From the NCBI GenBank assembly GCA_030599585.1, contig JAUVNS010000028.1, forward strand, positions 1 through 39,207: 39,207 nucleotides of DNA, read 5' to 3'. The notes under the pieces were generated by a model that saw only the letters and a list, made by a program, of their open reading frames with translations, searched no databases and was not told the DNA's origin. This DNA is from Promethearchaeota archaeon. Lineage in GTDB: Archaea; Asgardarchaeota; Lokiarchaeia; Sigyniarchaeales; SOKP01. Positions within the stretch are counted from its first letter, which is position 1. Every line of letters starts with the position of its first letter. Positions 36,790 through 39,207 of the stretch are shown here, one piece after another. A program made the position numbers and the translations under genes.

Positions 36790-37227
36790 ATGATAGACGA
36801 AGAAGACGATGAAGATATTTTAAATAAAAAGCGTTCTTTGAAGAGCATTCTTAAAAACCTTTTGTTGGTTTTACTTATTGGTATAGGAGTTCTTTTTATG
36901 TATATCGGAGGCGTTGATCAAGTTTTCAATATGGTTATAGGTTTCACTTTCATATGTTTAGGGACCACATTATTCCAAATGGGAAAAAATCCCAGTGACC
37001 CAATAAGACAGACTTTAACCATATTAAAATGTAAATCTTGCAGTGCGATTAAAGTAAGGAATTATGAGATTGGGGATTTCATTTTCAAGTCTATGGGATC
37101 ATGCGATAAATGTAATAATTCTATGGAAATAGATCAGATTTATAGCGTCAAACTTAAGAAATCCCGGAAAAAAGACGATAAGCTGGAAAAAAGCAAAAAG
37201 AAGTTACTGGAAACAATAGAAGTTTAA
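36790..37227 (+). CDS. Archaeal-type two-TM protein with C-terminal Zn-ribbon (CxxC...CxxC)
   Basis: Two TM helices, then TILKCKSC...R.Y..GDFIFK..G.CDKC...M.I..IY. Confidence 0.8.
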   Translation: MIDEEDDEDILNKKRSLKSILKNLLLVLLIGIGVLFMYIGGVDQVFNMVIGFTFICLGTTLFQMGKNPSDPIRQTLTILKCKSCSAIKVRNYEIGDFIFKSMGSCDKCNNSMEIDQIYSVKLKKSRKKDDKLEKSKKKLLETIEV

Positions 37228-37252
37228 ATTTCATAAGTTAGGTGTTTCCCTA

Positions 37253-37699
37253 ATTTTAAATAAAATTGGAATGGGCGGAACTTTTGATCATCTCCATGAC
37301 GGTCATAAATTTTTATTAAAAATAGCTTTGAAATTGTCCAATTCAATAGAGATTGGCTTAACATCTCAAGAATTGCTTAAAAATAAAAAGGCTCCTTCGA
37401 AGTTAGAAGATTACGATACAAGAAAGAATAAATTAAAAACATTCATTAGCACTTTCACGAACATTAATAGGGTGAACATTGTTGAAATTAGAAATTGGGA
37501 TGATATGGCTAAATATTCTCAAGATCCAGAGTACGAAGGGCTAATTGTAAGTCAAGAAACCTATTCAAATGCCGTGAAATTAAGCGAACAAAGAGAAGCA
37601 AAGGGATTGGGACCACTAATTTTAATTGTTATTCCCCTTCTAAAAGGAAAAAATAATAAAAGAATAAGTTCTACGGCTATTCGAGAAGAATTAGAGTAG
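37253..37699 (+). CDS. coaD: Phosphopantetheine adenylyltransferase (archaeal/eukaryote-type CoaD); first ATG at 37271, probable true start at ATT 37253
   Basis: GGTFDHLHDGH, IGLTS, IVSQET, R...GL.PL, ISSTAIR; the in-frame upstream codons ILNKIG complete the first beta-strand. Confidence 0.88.
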   Translation: MLNKIGMGGTFDHLHDGHKFLLKIALKLSNSIEIGLTSQELLKNKKAPSKLEDYDTRKNKLKTFISTFTNINRVNIVEIRNWDDMAKYSQDPEYEGLIVSQETYSNAVKLSEQREAKGLGPLILIVIPLLKGKNNKRISSTAIREELE

Positions 37700-38063
37700 A
37701 TAAATTTTTTAGGTAGTACTGCTACTACATTATATAATTGAATGATTACTTGAGAAGTGTAGATTTTGAGTTTTTATAGCGTATTAAAATCAACTACTAA
37801 AAATTTCAATCGAGTTTCATTTAATTTCAAATTTTTTATTCTGCCAAGGGAATAATACAAGGAAATTATTATTTTTCTCTTGGCTGCGGATTTTAATTTG
37901 AAGTGTTCATTCTTTAGTTAATTTAAAGCTGTATTTAATTGTTAAATATCGTTCTAATTCGTGAAAGAGCAATTTTAAACGATATCCTTCACGAAAGATT
38001 TAAAAATGTTTGAGATTTAGAAAAGATATATTAGATATAGTAAATAAATTTTGATTTAGAGAT

Positions 38064-39207
38064 ATGACTATTACATTAAAAAAACAAGTAATTGAAATTC
38101 TTGAAATACTTAAGAAGAAAAACGCGGAACTATTAGCTACAGAATTAGCAAACGAACTCAATATCGACTACATTGTACTTATGACAGCAATTAACGATCT
38201 TATTGAAGAAAACCTTGGTGGGTTTAGAGAAGAAGATGTAAATCAGATATCGTTAAATGAGGAAGGAATAAATTATTTAGAGAAAGGCTTACCTGAACGT
38301 CAATTACTTAAAATTCTATTAGACTCCAACATAAAAGAAATTAAAGTAGAAGATTTACAGGTTAAATCAAAACTAAATAAGCAAATTTTTTATGTAGGAC
38401 TTGCAAACATGAAGAAAAACCGATGGGTAGCGCAGAGTAAAGCCTCCGGTGAAGATAAACTGTTTCTTGTTGTTGAAGAGTTCCCCGAAACAGAAATTGA
38501 GAAATTTTTATTATATTTTAAGGAACAATCTACTATCAATTATTCTACTTTATCGAAAAAAGAAAGCGAATACTTAGATGTATTGAATAAAAGAAAGTTA
38601 ATTGTTAAAAAAAAGAAAACTCGTCGCATTATTTTTCTTACAAATAAGGGGAAATCAATCAAAACCTCTACGATTAAGGAATTAGAACAGATAAGCAAAA
38701 TAACCCCAGAAATGCTTAGCTCTGGTACTTGGAAGAAATACAATCTAAAACCTTTTGACGTAACAAAACCGGGTCCTTCGTTAAAAGCGGGGAGAACGCA
38801 TCCTCTTATAAACCTAATTAATAAAATTAGAGAGGTCTTTATTTCAATGGGATTTACTGAAATTAGAGGTCCGATAGTTGAAAGTGCGTTTTTTAACTTT
38901 GACGCGTTATTCCAACCGCAAGACCATCCTGCACGCGAATTACAAGACACTTTTTATTTAAACAATCCTAAAGTTGCGAGGCTACCAGATAAAGATAGGG
39001 TGTTAGCAGTGAAAGCAACACATGAGAATGGAGGAGATTCTGGTTCGTTAGGCTGGAGGTATGAGTGGGACGAAAACATAGCAAAACAAACAGTGTTAAG
39101 AACTCATACTACCTCGACAACTATGAGGAGATTAGCTCAATTTTATAATGATAACGATAAAACTCCAATAAAAGTATTCTGTATAGACAGAGTATTCCGA
39201 AATGAAA
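38064..39207 (+). CDS. pheS: Phenylalanine--tRNA ligase alpha subunit (3'-partial; absent from the ORF track because it has no stop in the window)
   Basis: ATG at 38064 reads MTITLKKQVIEILE...LNEEGINYLEKGLPERQLL...GRTHPL...MGFTEIRGPIVESAFFNFDALFQPQDHPARELQDTFYL...VLRTHTT...DRVFRNE. Confidence 0.97.
   Translation, partial: MTITLKKQVIEILEILKKKNAELLATELANELNIDYIVLMTAINDLIEENLGGFREEDVNQISLNEEGINYLEKGLPERQLLKILLDSNIKEIKVEDLQVKSKLNKQIFYVGLANMKKNRWVAQSKASGEDKLFLVVEEFPETEIEKFLLYFKEQSTINYSTLSKKESEYLDVLNKRKLIVKKKKTRRIIFLTNKGKSIKTSTIKELEQISKITPEMLSSGTWKKYNLKPFDVTKPGPSLKAGRTHPLINLINKIREVFISMGFTEIRGPIVESAFFNFDALFQPQDHPARELQDTFYLNNPKVARLPDKDRVLAVKATHENGGDSGSLGWRYEWDENIAKQTVLRTHTTSTTMRRLAQFYNDNDKTPIKVFCIDRVFRNE

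Noticed and set aside
37843-37884. Hairpin as a possible SECIS element
   Set aside because: No neighbouring gene has an in-frame TGA at a Cys-equivalent position, and the AUGA/GA core is absent.
38540-38950. 136-aa minus-strand ORF
   Set aside because: Antisense shadow of pheS, which runs off the window end.
1-39207. tRNA, rRNA, CRISPR, transposase, integrase, reverse transcriptase or defence-system genes
   Set aside because: None recognised by eye; a covariance-model scan would be needed to fully exclude small AT-rich RNAs.

Overview
AT-rich archaeal chromosomal window, most likely from an Asgard archaeon of the Lokiarchaeia type. This is inferred from archaeal RadA, TyrRS, PheRS and CoaD together with an all-LRR protein, a Vps29-like phosphoesterase, SCP2 proteins and a membrane-anchored longin-like protein. 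It holds about 31 coding genes, two of them cut by the window edges. Contents in order: a giant glycosylated surface protein with a longin-like cytoplasmic tail; RadA with an unusual Zn-finger/acidic N-terminus; a divergent PGI; aspartokinase; dCMP deaminase; a GT-C/GT2/flippase-like glycosylation trio; a U32 protein; a histidine-utilisation cluster (hutU-hutH-hutI plus convergent formiminotransferase); AOR, LRR and Fe-ADH; a Vps29-like gene; tyrS; a His-rich methyltransferase; ppdK; a HAD phosphatase; a coupled CBS-tetraspan plus RGG/ectodomain/double-zinc-ribbon membrane pair; SCP2; DUF1512; coaD; and partial pheS. I saw no tRNA, rRNA, CRISPR array or mobile element. The best candidates for undescribed biology are the CBS-tetraspan/RGG-membrane-protein pair (32225-34713), the receptor-like surface protein (3-3815) and the extended RadA. 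All family assignments come from motif recognition by eye, not from database searches.
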